A stretch of 64,000 nucleotides of DNA from Balanoglossus misakiensis (lineage: Eukaryota > Animalia > Hemichordata): the NCBI GenBank assembly GCA_040954595.2, contig CM082576.2:7257129-7321128 (forward strand), written 5' to 3'. The notes under the pieces were generated by a model that was not told where the DNA came from, did no database searches, and saw nothing but the letters and a program-made list of their open reading frames with translations. Made by a program: the position numbers and the translations under genes. Of this stretch, positions 1 through 12,700 are shown piece after piece (position 1 is the stretch's first letter; the number at the start of each line of letters is the position of its first letter).

Positions 1-3000
1 TGCTCAACTCTCCGGCGGCAATGATTTATGAGAGTGATTTAATCCACTAGAACCATGCGAAACTTAGTGTGCGAGTTCACTATTCCATATGGATTATGGT
101 CATATTTCATATACAATGGCAAAGGGATTTCATTTCCTTTACTCAGCAAAAAAAAAAATTGACAGCCATCATGAATGAGAGTTAGTGATTTATTCATAAA
201 GTGTACTGGACATGATTCACTTGAACTCTCAGCTTGAACCACAAATTCCATGCTGACTTTGAACACAAGTGGCACATGGGATTCTGACAGGCAAGTGAAT
301 GATGTTTCCCCTGCAGTGACAAAAACCTGTCAATGACTTCATCTGCCACTGTGGATTGTCAGGAAAACTTGCCCAACCAACACAGCGTGTGAGGATACTA
401 CCTGTTGATATCACTAGTACCACATATTGGGTAAACAGTGACAATTCTGACGAGAAAATACAGTGACCAATGCTTCAGCAGTCAATTTTGTAATAGGGTA
501 TTTTCCAAATATGTTGAATATGTATTCATACCTCAATGATTAAAAGGTACTTTGTACATCTTGAATGAAGAAAATATGTTACAGCTGCATGTGCATAAAA
601 AACACTGATATCTGATTTTTATCACTTCATATACATGTACGTGTACCAACAGAATTAACTATTCATGACATTTATGTTCATGTACTGATGTGTGTGTTAC
701 ACCTGATTCAATACATGGTCCCTTAAAACTCAATTTTATTTGTTACACCTGATTCGAAGCATGATCCCTCAAAACTCATTTGCAACCAACCAAATGATAT
801 TTAAAAACACAAACCATACAAATGCCGAATCAATGGACCTCATTTCATTTCATTTCCTTTGTAAAGGGTTAGTCAACGTAATCATGTTTCTGTTGTATAG
901 TGTCATGGATTTGATTGTACAAACTTCTCCCTTTTGTGGGCATACACAGTCCACAGCTGTCAATTATGATTCAATGATGTTCACAAGATAAACCTACACA
1001 GAAGTCACTGGCTGCAATTGACAAACCTCATGTAATTATTATAGCCTAGGCCCTGGTGTACATGTGCATCTGAGTTACTGTAATTTAATATTACTGTCCA
1101 GGATAAACTGTTGGTATGAAAATTATTCAAATTTGTATCTAGAGTCAATTTTATGTCGGTTTATAGCACATCCCCAGTGTTTCAGTAACTGAAACCTCAA
1201 CAACACATTGTACCTGTCTGAAAGATATCATTCCCTCACCTCCTGTTTTATATTTTAGGAAGAGATAATCATGTGAGCATTTTGCTGAAGGAGAATTAAG
1301 AGATAACAGACCCAATCGCAACATCCTCAAACTGAACGTGCTCAATATTTTGATGCTACATGAATTCATTCAATTCTAACCAATGGTTCAGTCACAAAAC
1401 CAGGCAAAACTCAAATCAACATTATCTCAGTTTCATACATGTAGCTTGAAATTGAAATAATACATCTGTACTGTACGTTTATTTTCAAGTCTCAAATAAA
1501 ATGCCACTGATTTGCAAGAGCTATTATGCTTTGAACCAGATGTATTTATCCGTTTGCAATTTATGCAGCTGAACCATGTGCTATTACATATCCCCCTAAT
1601 AATACTACCACTTCAGGCAAAAAATTGACTGAAATTGCCTTAAACACACACACAAAATTGCTTCACAGGAGCAGTGGTCCCCATGTAATGTGCAGCTGTT
1701 CAACTATTGTCTGCATTGGTGTAATGCTACAGAACTGTCTTTTGAAAAACTGTATCACCATTGAAGACAATTATACCATCATTGAAGAAAATCATATCAT
1801 CATCAATAATATAATACCATGCATCACCCATCTGTATGTATTTAATTCTTATTTACATGCAGCAGACAGCTGTTTAAAAATGCTTCCAATGGCTGTACCA
1901 CAATCATATCCACAAACATACAACCAATGCTATTCTACAAAATTTTCTCAGTCAAGGATGTTGACATCAAAGTTGGTTATTTCTTACTTTGTAAGGTTTC
2001 AAGATAAATGTATGAGTAGTATCTATGGTATGCAGATATGTACGTATTTCTTTCTGCCACCATTTTTTTTTCTGCTTCATTTATTATTCAGGGCGTTGTA
2101 GTGTGTGATATTTACCACTTGCTATCACACTGCCTGCAGAGTCTGATGTCCAAATAATACATCTCCTGATGCCACTTTTCAACTGCAGAACAGGCAGCAT
2201 ACTCACATGCATTTTTCTCTCTCTCAATATTTCAACAGCCAAATGTTGATTTCATTTTCAAGATGGTGTCCACATGAACACACAATAAAATGACACTGCG
2301 TTCAACTTCATAAAATTACACTCTGTGTCTACTCTACATTACCCCAGCTGACAACACTAATAACACATCATTCTGCATTTCCCCCTTTCGGGGCTCACCC
2401 AATTAACTATCTAAATCCTCTTTCTAATTGACAAAAAGCCCCTTGATTAATCTAGATCATGCTTTCCAGCGAAAAACCTAAGCAGAACCATCACTTTGTT
2501 GGCGTGTGTACAGAGAGGGCTGATTGGCAGCCACTGATAATTACTGACTGAATGAAACACAAAAGTTTAAAAGAAAGACCTGGAGGAATCAGTTGCCGGG
2601 CAACCAGTGCTCAGTAGATTCATCTTAGAGGCAACTGAGCTACAATGGTTGTGAATTAATTTTAATTAACTTGACATCATCTGAGAAAAATCAGGTGCAT
2701 ATCACGGTCGTAAAAAATGTGTAATGTTAAAGAGAACAGTTAACTACCCAAGAAGTACAGATATGCTACACGTACATTATATATTTACAACAATTTAAAA
2801 TGTGATTCTGGAACTTTTCAGTTTAGCTATAATTGAATATCATATCAACCGAAAAAATATATTTATGGTAAGTTGTGTTTTGTGATCTTATGTAACAAGT
2901 TGGTGGATATCATCAACCTACCGGTGAAACTCTACCACCCAAGTATTCACACTTGTGCAGTTTAAAGTTGAGTGTACTTTTTCAAGTTCAAGGGCAACTT

Positions 3001-3912
3001 GTGCTTGGTGGGCTGATGATCAGAACACAGAAAGATTAGCACCTTGAATATACATTGTAGGTATTAAGAAAAGTACTGGGAAAGCTGTCACCATTAATTG
3101 TACTATGACAGGTGTAATAGCTTTCGCACAGTTTTCTTCAGGTGAACAAGGAAAAAAAATCAATAGAAATCAATAATTGAACAACCCGCTATCTAGTAAT
3201 ATTATGAAGAGAGGCACGCATTAGGCATTTACTACCGTAGATGCTTTCTCGGTCACCTTGATATAATCCAGGTACACGATGGCATAGGCTAGCATGTCTG
3301 TGTCTCGTTACATGTAACTGCAGGCCCCATGGAAACAAAATATTCCAGGATGTACATGTATCTTACAAGAGCCATATAAATCAGATTTGCATCAGCCTCC
3401 CGACAGGTGTTAACTTATTCACTCGGCCATAAATTTACCATCGCCAAGAAGGTTATACACATACAGAGGGTACTGATTTACCCTGGTAGCACAGCTTTGA
3501 TATTTGACATAGATTTTTACAATACATCACCGTTAAAAGCCATAGGGGTATTCTGAAATGATTTTTGAGATTTTCGTAAACACTTCGCAGGCACCGTTGA
3601 TGTATGTGTGTATGTAAATGCGTGCAGGAGATTCAGACACTGGGAGCAAGTAAGTATGACTAGCAGCTGTAATTTTTACCAGTCTGGTTTTCTTTGCAAA
3701 AGGAAGAGTTCAGTGCAGTGATCATTCATCAGTGGCTGCAGCACTAGGCTGATTGATTATACAACCTGCCAGCGTATGGAGTGCGATCAATCAAGCTCCC
3801 ACTTGTTTTTTTTTCCCCCTTTCTGAAGGAGACTTTTTCATAATTAGGGCAGCTCTGTCGTATACAGCCAAATTGTCACCACCCAGGCAGTAAAAATTAA
3901 ATCCCACCTTAC

Positions 3913-4089
3913 CTTTGAAGTCTACTTCACCGTTTCCATCCGTATCAAATATATCAATAACTCGTTGCACTAGGGGGTTCTGTTGAAGTTCGGGCAATGA
4001 CATGAATTCTTCTACGCTCAGTGATCCTGAATTGTCTAAATCCAGTTTCTTGAATCGTTTTCCTAATCTCTTTATTTCATCTGCATCAA
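3913..4089 (-). CDS. PPP3R1: Calcineurin B exon 3 (EF-hands 1 and 2)
   Basis: Lies inside ORF 3791..4144. Acceptor TTTTCCAG at 4090-4097 and donor GTAAGG at 3912. Encodes the EF-hand loops [12 protein letters not shown] and [11 protein letters not shown]. Confidence 0.95.
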
Positions 4090-7000
4090 CTGGAAAAGAG
4101 GAGAGAGAAAAAAAGTAGGACTCGCTAATCCCAAGGCTATGCATGCAACTGCTGAAATTTTAATGCAGCATATCGGTTATGGCCCAGTAAATGAAACGTC
4201 TGGCTAGTAAAAAGAGTGCCAACAGCAAAACTGGCTGTATTCACCGTTAAGCAAATCAAACATCAAACAGTGAAGTTCTAGCCTGGCACTGTTAGGGATA
4301 ATCACGGCCACTTTATCGCGTGTTTTATATCTGGACACTTGTGCCAGATCATAAAACCAAGTCACAGTCCTTTACTGGGGTACATAATACACGTAATAAG
4401 TGGGTGTCAGCAGAGTGACACCCACTATCACTCTGCCATTCTATTATGTTGTGTATGCTTTTCCACTAGTGCTCTTCTATTGATTCCGTATCATATTTAC
4501 CCTTTATCATAAAGGGCTATGGCTTCTTTCGTTTGTTTTAAGACAATTTCATTCATCTCTCACATCTGAACTATTTTACCAGCTTATGAACTACTTGGTA
4601 CTACTTCACTGCCGCTATTCCATGGACATTTACAGCTTGATAAATTGTCTATGAATGTCGAGACAAATTTAAAGAAAAAAGAAACGCTGTACTTTAACCT
4701 CCCTCAAGTGACTTCTCTAAATAACAGATAGCCGTACGCACCAAATCATCACTTGCATTGTGTACATGTATCAGTCCTTTTGAATTTGCTCTAGACATGA
4801 TTATTGTCGACACTATGCTTCATTTATACAAGAAGAAGAACTGGGTCAGGGTTGGGGGGGGGGGGGGGGGGAGGAACAATCGCCGCGCTTCCGCAGTGAA
4901 GGTGCAGTCCATTTTATTTTAGAATTTTTCCACACAATAACACTCCCAATGGCTTGAAAAGGGGCAGTATCATGGAGGTCACATCTATATAACCCCTGTG
5001 AAATCAGACTTTGCTATAGGAGAGCAGGGCAAAGGCAGAGACGGTACTGTCAATAGAAACCAATCAATCAATAACCTAGACACCAATAAACAAATAATAA
5101 CCGCTTTTTCTGCTGGCTATTAAGACATTGTGTGGGTGGACACCCAGATTGTGTTGTCCCCAGTTGCTATTCTTTTCAGGTTTATTCATACGGTTTTTCC
5201 ACAGATCTGTCAAGCTCGGCAGTGGAGCTGTGCCATAAAATACTGCCACGACAAAAGTGTAACTGTCTTGACTTTTTTAAAACAAACAAAACACCATCCA
5301 CGGTATTGAAAATTCTCCTACTTAAGACGCTATTTCATTATTCATCTGCCATTTTCACCTCCAATGTTCATGACTATTGTAGCAAGTGTTGGCACAGGAT
5401 AAGAAATGAACTGTATTGATTTTCGAAAGGACCTTGAGTTGGACTGATCGGCTACCAGGTTTCTCGGCATTAACAACCGACTGTTTGAACTTGTGTGGCA
5501 TCAGTGGTTTTGCTAACTTGATTGATTTACTAAAGACTAGAGTACTTTTGCTTTTATGGGAAATTTTCAGTTCTGTTCTGGCATGACTAACAAGACAAAT
5601 TTACAGGGATTTGCATACCAAATGATTCTACAAGAACACACATTACTAATCTCAGTGACAAAAGGAGGTTTTAGTGTCCTCAATGGCAACTTGTTGATTG
5701 TTGTCTTACCAGACACTACCACTAATCCAACAATCACTACTCGAAGGTAATTTTTTACTGCCATGGTTTTCTCTACAAATAGATTTTGCAAATGCAATTG
5801 TCAATTAAGACGCATTACATAACACTGCTACAATACCAGTATTAATTTTAATGACTAAATTATATGTTTGCATTTGTACTTTTTCCATCATACTAGAATC
5901 TTATCACCTTACCAGTTTGTCACTGCTACTGGTCATATCTGTTTACATTTTGTATTCTATAAATGACTGGATATATTCATGCACCCATCAAGAAATACAA
6001 ATCATGTGCAAACATGACTACAGGTAGTCTTGAATATTTGATTGTTAGGCTATGTACCTAAACATGACCATAAGCATTTCCATCAGCATTTTTTCCACTG
6101 AGAAACATCACACAGCACAGAGGTATTGTTTTCACTGTGTTGACAACAAGCCCCTGTCAGATATCTTTGGGATATTTACACAACATGAAAACCAGTGTGG
6201 AGCTTTTCACACTAGTACAGCTACATGTACAGAAAACATTTGCCGAAGTGTTACAATTCAAACATTAATAAAAGAACACATTCTTGGAAAGACAGATATT
6301 TTAGAGTTGCATGATACTGAATGAATTAACATGATGTCATCTAATGTCACAAACGTCTTTAATGAGATCACACACGTATATTCCCAGAGAAATGGATGTA
6401 GAAAGTAAATTATTCCAACGGATTGACCTCCAGTGGAAAGCAAAGCTCAACTACAAAAAAGTAATAGTGACAGCAACCAGTTGTCACATAATCATATTTC
6501 AATTTCATGACACAGGTATGATTTCACAAGTGAAAGCGATTTCCTTGTGAGTCAACACTAAAACCTACACACACCCATACTAAATGAGTGATATTTGCAC
6601 ATATGTATTACTGTCGCCTGAGTCGTGTTCTGTTTTCAATACATAAGAGCCTTCTCCAAATATCAAAATGCAATTCACTGCCCCAACAGCATGCATTATT
6701 ACATGTGCAGGCAAAAATATGACGCAGATGGATGTATATACGGTCATGGTTTGTACTTACAATGCGAACACATTTCCGTCGGAAGCGACACTTCGTTTCC
6801 CTGGAGAAATAAATAAATTGGACAGTTAGTGAAGCAGACGGCTCAGTCGGCTGGATTCGAGCTTTGAATTCCACCAATACTTTCGCCGCCATGTTGTTTG
6901 GGCATCGACAACTGCTAAGTGTTGACAACGTCTAGTCGTGTCTGCCACCTCGAGCTCGATCGACCAGAGTTGCGTTGCGTCTCCAGTCGACCCTCACCAC

Positions 7001-7581
7001 AATCGTCGCGCACGGTTACGGCTATTTCAACCCCAACGCACCGGACCATCGCCCCGTGTGAAAATGTCAGAATATTCCACCACGATATTTTCTTATGATA
7101 TCGCTCTATACACACAAGTAATTTTATCGCTGCATTTGCCGACGCAAGAAGCGAACAGCAGAGAATATTGCAGAGACATTTTGCGGACTGGCTATACTGT
7201 ACGCTCCTGTGCGAAGATCCTTTCCAGGTTCACATTTCTGTGTCACAGTGTATGATAATTTGACTGTTTATCGAAAATGTATTCCTCGGTTATGTTCCTG
7301 TCTCTCCATTTTACACATATTCTTTAGAGCACGTTACTTTATGGTTCAAGTGCCTGAAAGCTTTATGACAGTGAATTACCGTCAAGGACAACAGTACGAT
7401 CGATCTACACACTGGCAATGACATAGACGAAATTGCATGATGTTCAACGAAAACAAACGCCAGCAAGCCGAACGCTTGAAGTTTCCTCCCAAAAATGAAA
7501 TAATTTAAACAGCATGAAGTATACATTGAGAGTGTCTACTAAACAGCAAAAAATAAGATTATACAGCGATATACTCACCAT
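3913..7581 (-). CDS. PPP3R1: Calcineurin subunit B (protein phosphatase 3 regulatory subunit), 5' part: exons 7579-7581 (ATG only), 6761-6800, 3913-4089; downstream exons not found in window
   Basis: The spliced reading is M|[14 protein letters not shown]|[58 protein letters not shown]. This is the highly conserved CNB N-terminus with a myristoylation Gly2 and two EF-hand loops. Sites are canonical GT-AG (AAAATG/GTGAGT, CATT/GTAAGT, AAAG/GTAAGG), and exon sizes are 3, 40 and 177 nt. Confidence 0.95.
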
Positions 7582-9737
7582 TTTGGATGACTTTTAGGTA
7601 AACTACTATCCGCAGAATTACGTTTCTATCTAACGATTGAGTAGCCCCGTACAGCAATGGCTGCTTACATCCGGGTATCTGACACCCATAAAAGGAAATT
7701 TGGGTTATCCTATTATATGGTAAGGGGTTGCAGCACAACTGCAGGGATAAACGCAGGAATATAATACATGAACAGCATTTATGAATACATTTTTCTGGTG
7801 TTAATTCCAAAGTGCAAGCAAACCCATATTTTCCCTGAGAAGACATCATTTATAGGAAATCCGTGAAAGGTTTTGCCGTTCCCAACCCTGCTCGAGAACA
7901 TTCGGGTGACAAATGGCACAAAGGAATTTGTGGGATGTCTTGTCTTTTATTGAGGTATTTTACGGTACACAAAACCTTGGACCGTTACAATATACTATAG
8001 CCAAGTCAGGTAATGGCTTATGTTGAGCTTTAATAAAAACCGCTTGTCCTGTTCCACAGTGAAAAGCCAAAATATCATTATTACTGAATCAAATGAGCAT
8101 TTTGGCTGTTTGTCATTGTTTTGTCTGTCATCGTCTGGGGAGGGGGTAAATTTGTACCGAATACGAGGTCATTCCGCGAATTAACTGATGTTTCACCTGT
8201 AGAACAATTTATCCATAAAAATATTAATCTTCACTTATTAATCCGGGCAAATTCATACTAGGCTATGAAAAACTCTTCGTGAAGGTCGAGGCACAACGAA
8301 TACATGACCACACTTACAATCTGAACATCAAATAGTAATAAAATCGACAGGATCATAGAAGAACAAAATACTTGAACGACACACGATATAAAACATTAAG
8401 AAAGGTATTCTAAGTACGGGTTAAAGTAACGATGACAAGATGTTTTAATCAACAGTGTCCAGTTCTTTATAAAAAAGGTGAACTCTGATGGCACATGTGA
8501 CTTGAACTGACCTTCTAAAAAAATCTTCAGTTCTGGGAGTCTTGGAATTTCAAAAAGATGCTGAGCTGCAGATCGTAAACACCTCGAAGGACAGTGCTCG
8601 TTACAAAGCTCATTAACATTGTTTGGTGCAAGCTTCTTTCGGAGCCTTAGAAACAAGGATTATCCCAACCATTGTAATGCAACATCGCTCCCGCTCCATC
8701 ATGTAGACAAAGTACATGTAAATTCCATTAAAATGATTATTGCACGAGTAAAGCTTCTTCGTGGAAACCGCTCCCACACAACGAGCGAGCGGAGAACACC
8801 CTAAAACTCAAGGCAGGGAAATTTAAAATATTTTAAATAACTTATTTCAATGCTTCAGATGAATACAAAATATTTTCGCCACGTTATCTTTGGTTTCTAT
8901 CTTACAAGAACATGTTCTACGCTTTTAGTTTTATTTACGCATTTATTGTTTTGAGGACACTGTGACCTTGTAGTATGACCTCACTGATTCATACCCGGAT
9001 GATTTTGCGACCAAGATTTGTGTTTGTGATTTGGGGCGCCTGTATTATAAAATAATACATGAAAAATAAACTAGAGAGATATATGGGCAAATCATCTCAA
9101 CATATTTGTGTACGTGTAATACATGTACTTAAATAAATTTTCTATAACAATAATGTATAATAGTGTCTCACGTATAGCGATGTAGACCAGTGTATTTTTC
9201 AGTCGAATTCTCTTGCGGCTGATCGTCAGACTAATGAGTTTCCCGGGAATACATTATATTTCTTAAAGTATATAAAAATAGAAGTAACTATTCTGGCAAT
9301 TATATAATTTCCGTGTACAAGGTAAGTTGTTTTTATAGTATATAGAAAAGAACTGCTATTTCAAGTTTATCATTATGTGAGATTATTTCGCACTTTAGCA
9401 CATGAGCATTTTTTTTCCACTTGAAGCGTACATGTATGTTGATATTCTAAATCGGATTGTTTTCGCATTTCTGCAGAATATGCATTCGTCCAAAATCATC
9501 CCTCTTGAATGCCCTACACTGGCTGAGTTCGGTTCATGCAACATATCGGTTTCTCCAAACCGTCCAGCATTAATGACCATGGTGTTTCGTGACATGCACA
9601 CGGACAGTCGACACACTGGTCCAGCACAGTTACCAAATGATCTTCCGCCCTCCTACGACGAAAGAAAGGTTGTTGACTGCTGACCGCGGATGACCCTGCG
9701 CGATGGAATTTAACATGTGCTAGCTGCGCATGTGGCA

Positions 9738-9748
9738 CTTCCTTTTCT
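9738..9748 (+). promoter_or_regulatory. Polypyrimidine TCT/5'TOP-like initiator of EEF1G
   Basis: CTTCCTTTTCT ends 8 nt upstream of the EEF1G ATG (9757). Translation elongation factor mRNAs are classic TOP mRNAs. The TSS itself is not verified. Confidence 0.65.
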
Positions 9749-9756
9749 GTACAGCA

Positions 9757-12700
9757 ATGGCGGCTGGGGTAAGTGTATACCGGCACAATCTACACTATCG
9801 AACTGAATCATGGCAATCCTGCACTCGGTTCCTGTTTTCATCATTTAGAATGAAATACTATTATACTGGCTTTGGTTTTGGCTGATTATTTTCCGTATCT
9901 CAACAGACACTCTACACTTATCCGGAAAATTTCCGGGCCCAGAAGATCCAGATCACTGCTGAATATAGCGGTGCCAGATTGAAAGTTGTGTCAGAGCCAC
10001 CAGAGTTTAAGTTGGGCGAGACAAACAAAACAGATGCCTTCTTGAGCAAATTTCCGGTTGGTAAGGTGAGTCGCTAATGTGCAGGCCTTTATTATGAAGT
10101 GAGATTGAAATTATCCTGAGTCTACCCCGTCAATGTCATAACATCAAGTTACAATACCGGCGATGACATTGGTACTATGGAGTATGGTAGTTTGAAATGG
10201 AGTCCATGTGGGTTTCTGATGCAAAGTGTTTGCTTGTTGTGCAATACGGTCTGATGTACGTCGTCGTAAAAATTTTGATTGTGTGAGTGTCCAGTCGCTC
10301 ACTTTCTACTTTGAAAGACGACTTTGTTAATACTCAGTCATTGTGTACATTGTCCAAAGAGACACAATGATGACCGTTATATGTATATTGTGGGGACGTT
10401 GAGGCGAGTGGCCTTGCGCGAGACTCTTCTACACAAGATGAAGAAACTTACATTACTGGCTGTTAAGTGCCAAGCTCTGTTTATTCATGTTTATAATAGA
10501 GGAGTGAAACTCAAACAGGACTTGTGCCCGTGGTCATTTGAGTGAATCTCTGAACTACCTGTACTTTGTAGTCATAGAACTTCAAAGAGTAGCAATAACA
10601 CAAGTTGTATATTTCCCCTTGTTAATTCTCATACCAGGTCCCAGCATTTGAGGCTGCCGATGGAACTTGCATTTTTGAGAGTAATGCCATTGCTTACTAT
10701 GGTGAGTTTTTCGTACACACATTAATACAATGCTCTGCACATATAGACAATTATTTGGTGATGCCAAGATATTGGTATGCATGATGAGAGCTAGTGATAG
10801 TCGGGTAACCATCAGCAACCGAATAGTTATCAAATATAGGAATTACTTTCTTCAAGGGAACCAATATGAAATTTCACCCTTTTCTGTCTGAATCTGTAGT
10901 TGCCAATGAGACTCTGAGGGGAGCCAATACCAAGGACCAGGCAAGTGTCTTACAGTGGGTCAACTTTGCAGACAGTGAAATTCTACCATCTGCGGCAACA
11001 TGGGTATTCCCAACACTTGGAATAATGCAATACCAAAAGCAGGTGAGTTGATTTTGGCATTGACAACAACAGGAATCATATGTGAGAATGCTGACAATGG
11101 TAAATATTCACTTCTGGCTCTCAACTATCTCTCGTACAGAACACTGAACGTGCAAAAGAGGACGTCAAGAAAGTCCTGAACATCTTAAACAATCACTTGA
11201 AAACAAGGACCTACCTTGTCGGGGAGCGTGTCACTCTGGCAGATGTTGCTGTAGCATGTAATCTACTCATGCTTTACAAACAGGTAAGCAGTGTGCCCAC
11301 TTTGGACCAAAATTAATGAGGTCAGATTCCACTGTACGTAAAATGCTGCATATTTAGTCTGGAATTAGGCATGTTCAGAACTGGGGTGAAAGGATTAAAC
11401 AGAGTGCTGTCAATGACATGTTCGATTGGACTGTTGCAGGTATTAGAACCCAGTTTCCGCCAGCCCTACGGCAATGTAAATAGGTGGTTCACCACACTCA
11501 TCAACCAGAAAGAGTTCAAGGAAGTTCTAGGAGAGGTGCAGCTCTGTACGAAGATGGCACAGTTTGATGGTGAGTCCACTCAGTCAGATTGGAATGCTGA
11601 CATTTGTGTACTTGTTCATTTGGCAGTTATAAGAAAATAAGACACAAAATATTCAGGGATATAGAAAATATTTTTTGGTGTTGATTTTCCTTTCAGCGAA
11701 AAAGTTCAAAGATCAGCAGGCTGGTGGAGAAAAGAAGGAGAAAAAGAAGGAAGAGAAGAAGAAACCAGAAAAGAAAGCAGAAACGCCGAAAGCAGAGCCG
11801 AAAAAAGCTGCTGAGGAGGAGGAGCCAAAAGTGGCCAAGAAAAGGGACCCGTTTGCAGATATGCCCCACAGGTATTTATTTGCCTGGATTAGCCTTTTGT
11901 ATTCATAAAGCTCTGTCATCAGTATTTATCTGTGTTTCATGTTCCCTAATACATTATTGTATGCATTTCTCTCTTTTTTTTCACCAGTAACTTTGACATG
12001 GATGCCTTTAAGCGTTGTTATTCCAATGAAGACACACTCACCAAGGCTATTCCTCATTTCTGGGAACATTTTGACAAGGAAAATTACTCCATCTGGTACT
12101 GCGAGTACAAATTTCCATCTGAACTCAAACTAATGTTTATGAGCGCTAACTTAATCGCAGGTTAGTAGCAGAAGTTTTGCCCTCTCCACAGTATTTTACC
12201 ACAGGAAATTGATTAAATTCCCTCCATCATACAACACTGGACTTGGAAGCAATACTGACATATAGTGTATGTTGTACACTCCTTGCAGGAATGTTCCAGC
12301 GTATTGAAAAACTGAGAAAGAATGCATTTGCCAGTGTGCTTATGTTTGGTACAGACAATAACGCTACAATTTCTGGAGTTTGGTTCTGGCGAGGACATGA
12401 TCTTGCTTTTGAGGTAAGTCCAAGCTGGCTTATTCATCAAATTTGACAACATTGTAAGTATGTTTAGTTCACGGAAAGAAACCAGCAAAGACTTGTTCAT
12501 GTCAGATGACATCTGGGAAACCATAGAGGAAATCACGTTGTGCAAGTGTGGTTGGGGGCGCTGTTAAACTATTGGTTTCAGTTCTTGACGAGCTGCATGC
12601 ACATCCCGTCAACTTTGACCTTTATACAAAGCCTAGCACCATGTCACATTCAGTGCCCTTTTTTTCATCTTGGTCACTCATGCTTTGATTCCCAACCATA

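Noticed and set aside
1-3900. Remaining calcineurin B exons and ORF 1625..2101
   Set aside because: I found no EFIEGVSQFSVKG-like exon by eye. The 158-aa ORF lacks coding-like composition, a domain or splice support.
4853-4871. Poly-G/poly-C runs (also ~14897, ~26200, ~28912, ~61731)
   Set aside because: These are simple homopolymers. G-quadruplex potential is trivial and no positional pattern supports a function.
6608-6928. ATG in AACATGGCGGC (MAAKV...) as an alternative calcineurin B start
   Set aside because: It is out of frame with exon 2 and runs through the branch point and pyrimidine tract; more likely a YY1-like motif in intron 1.
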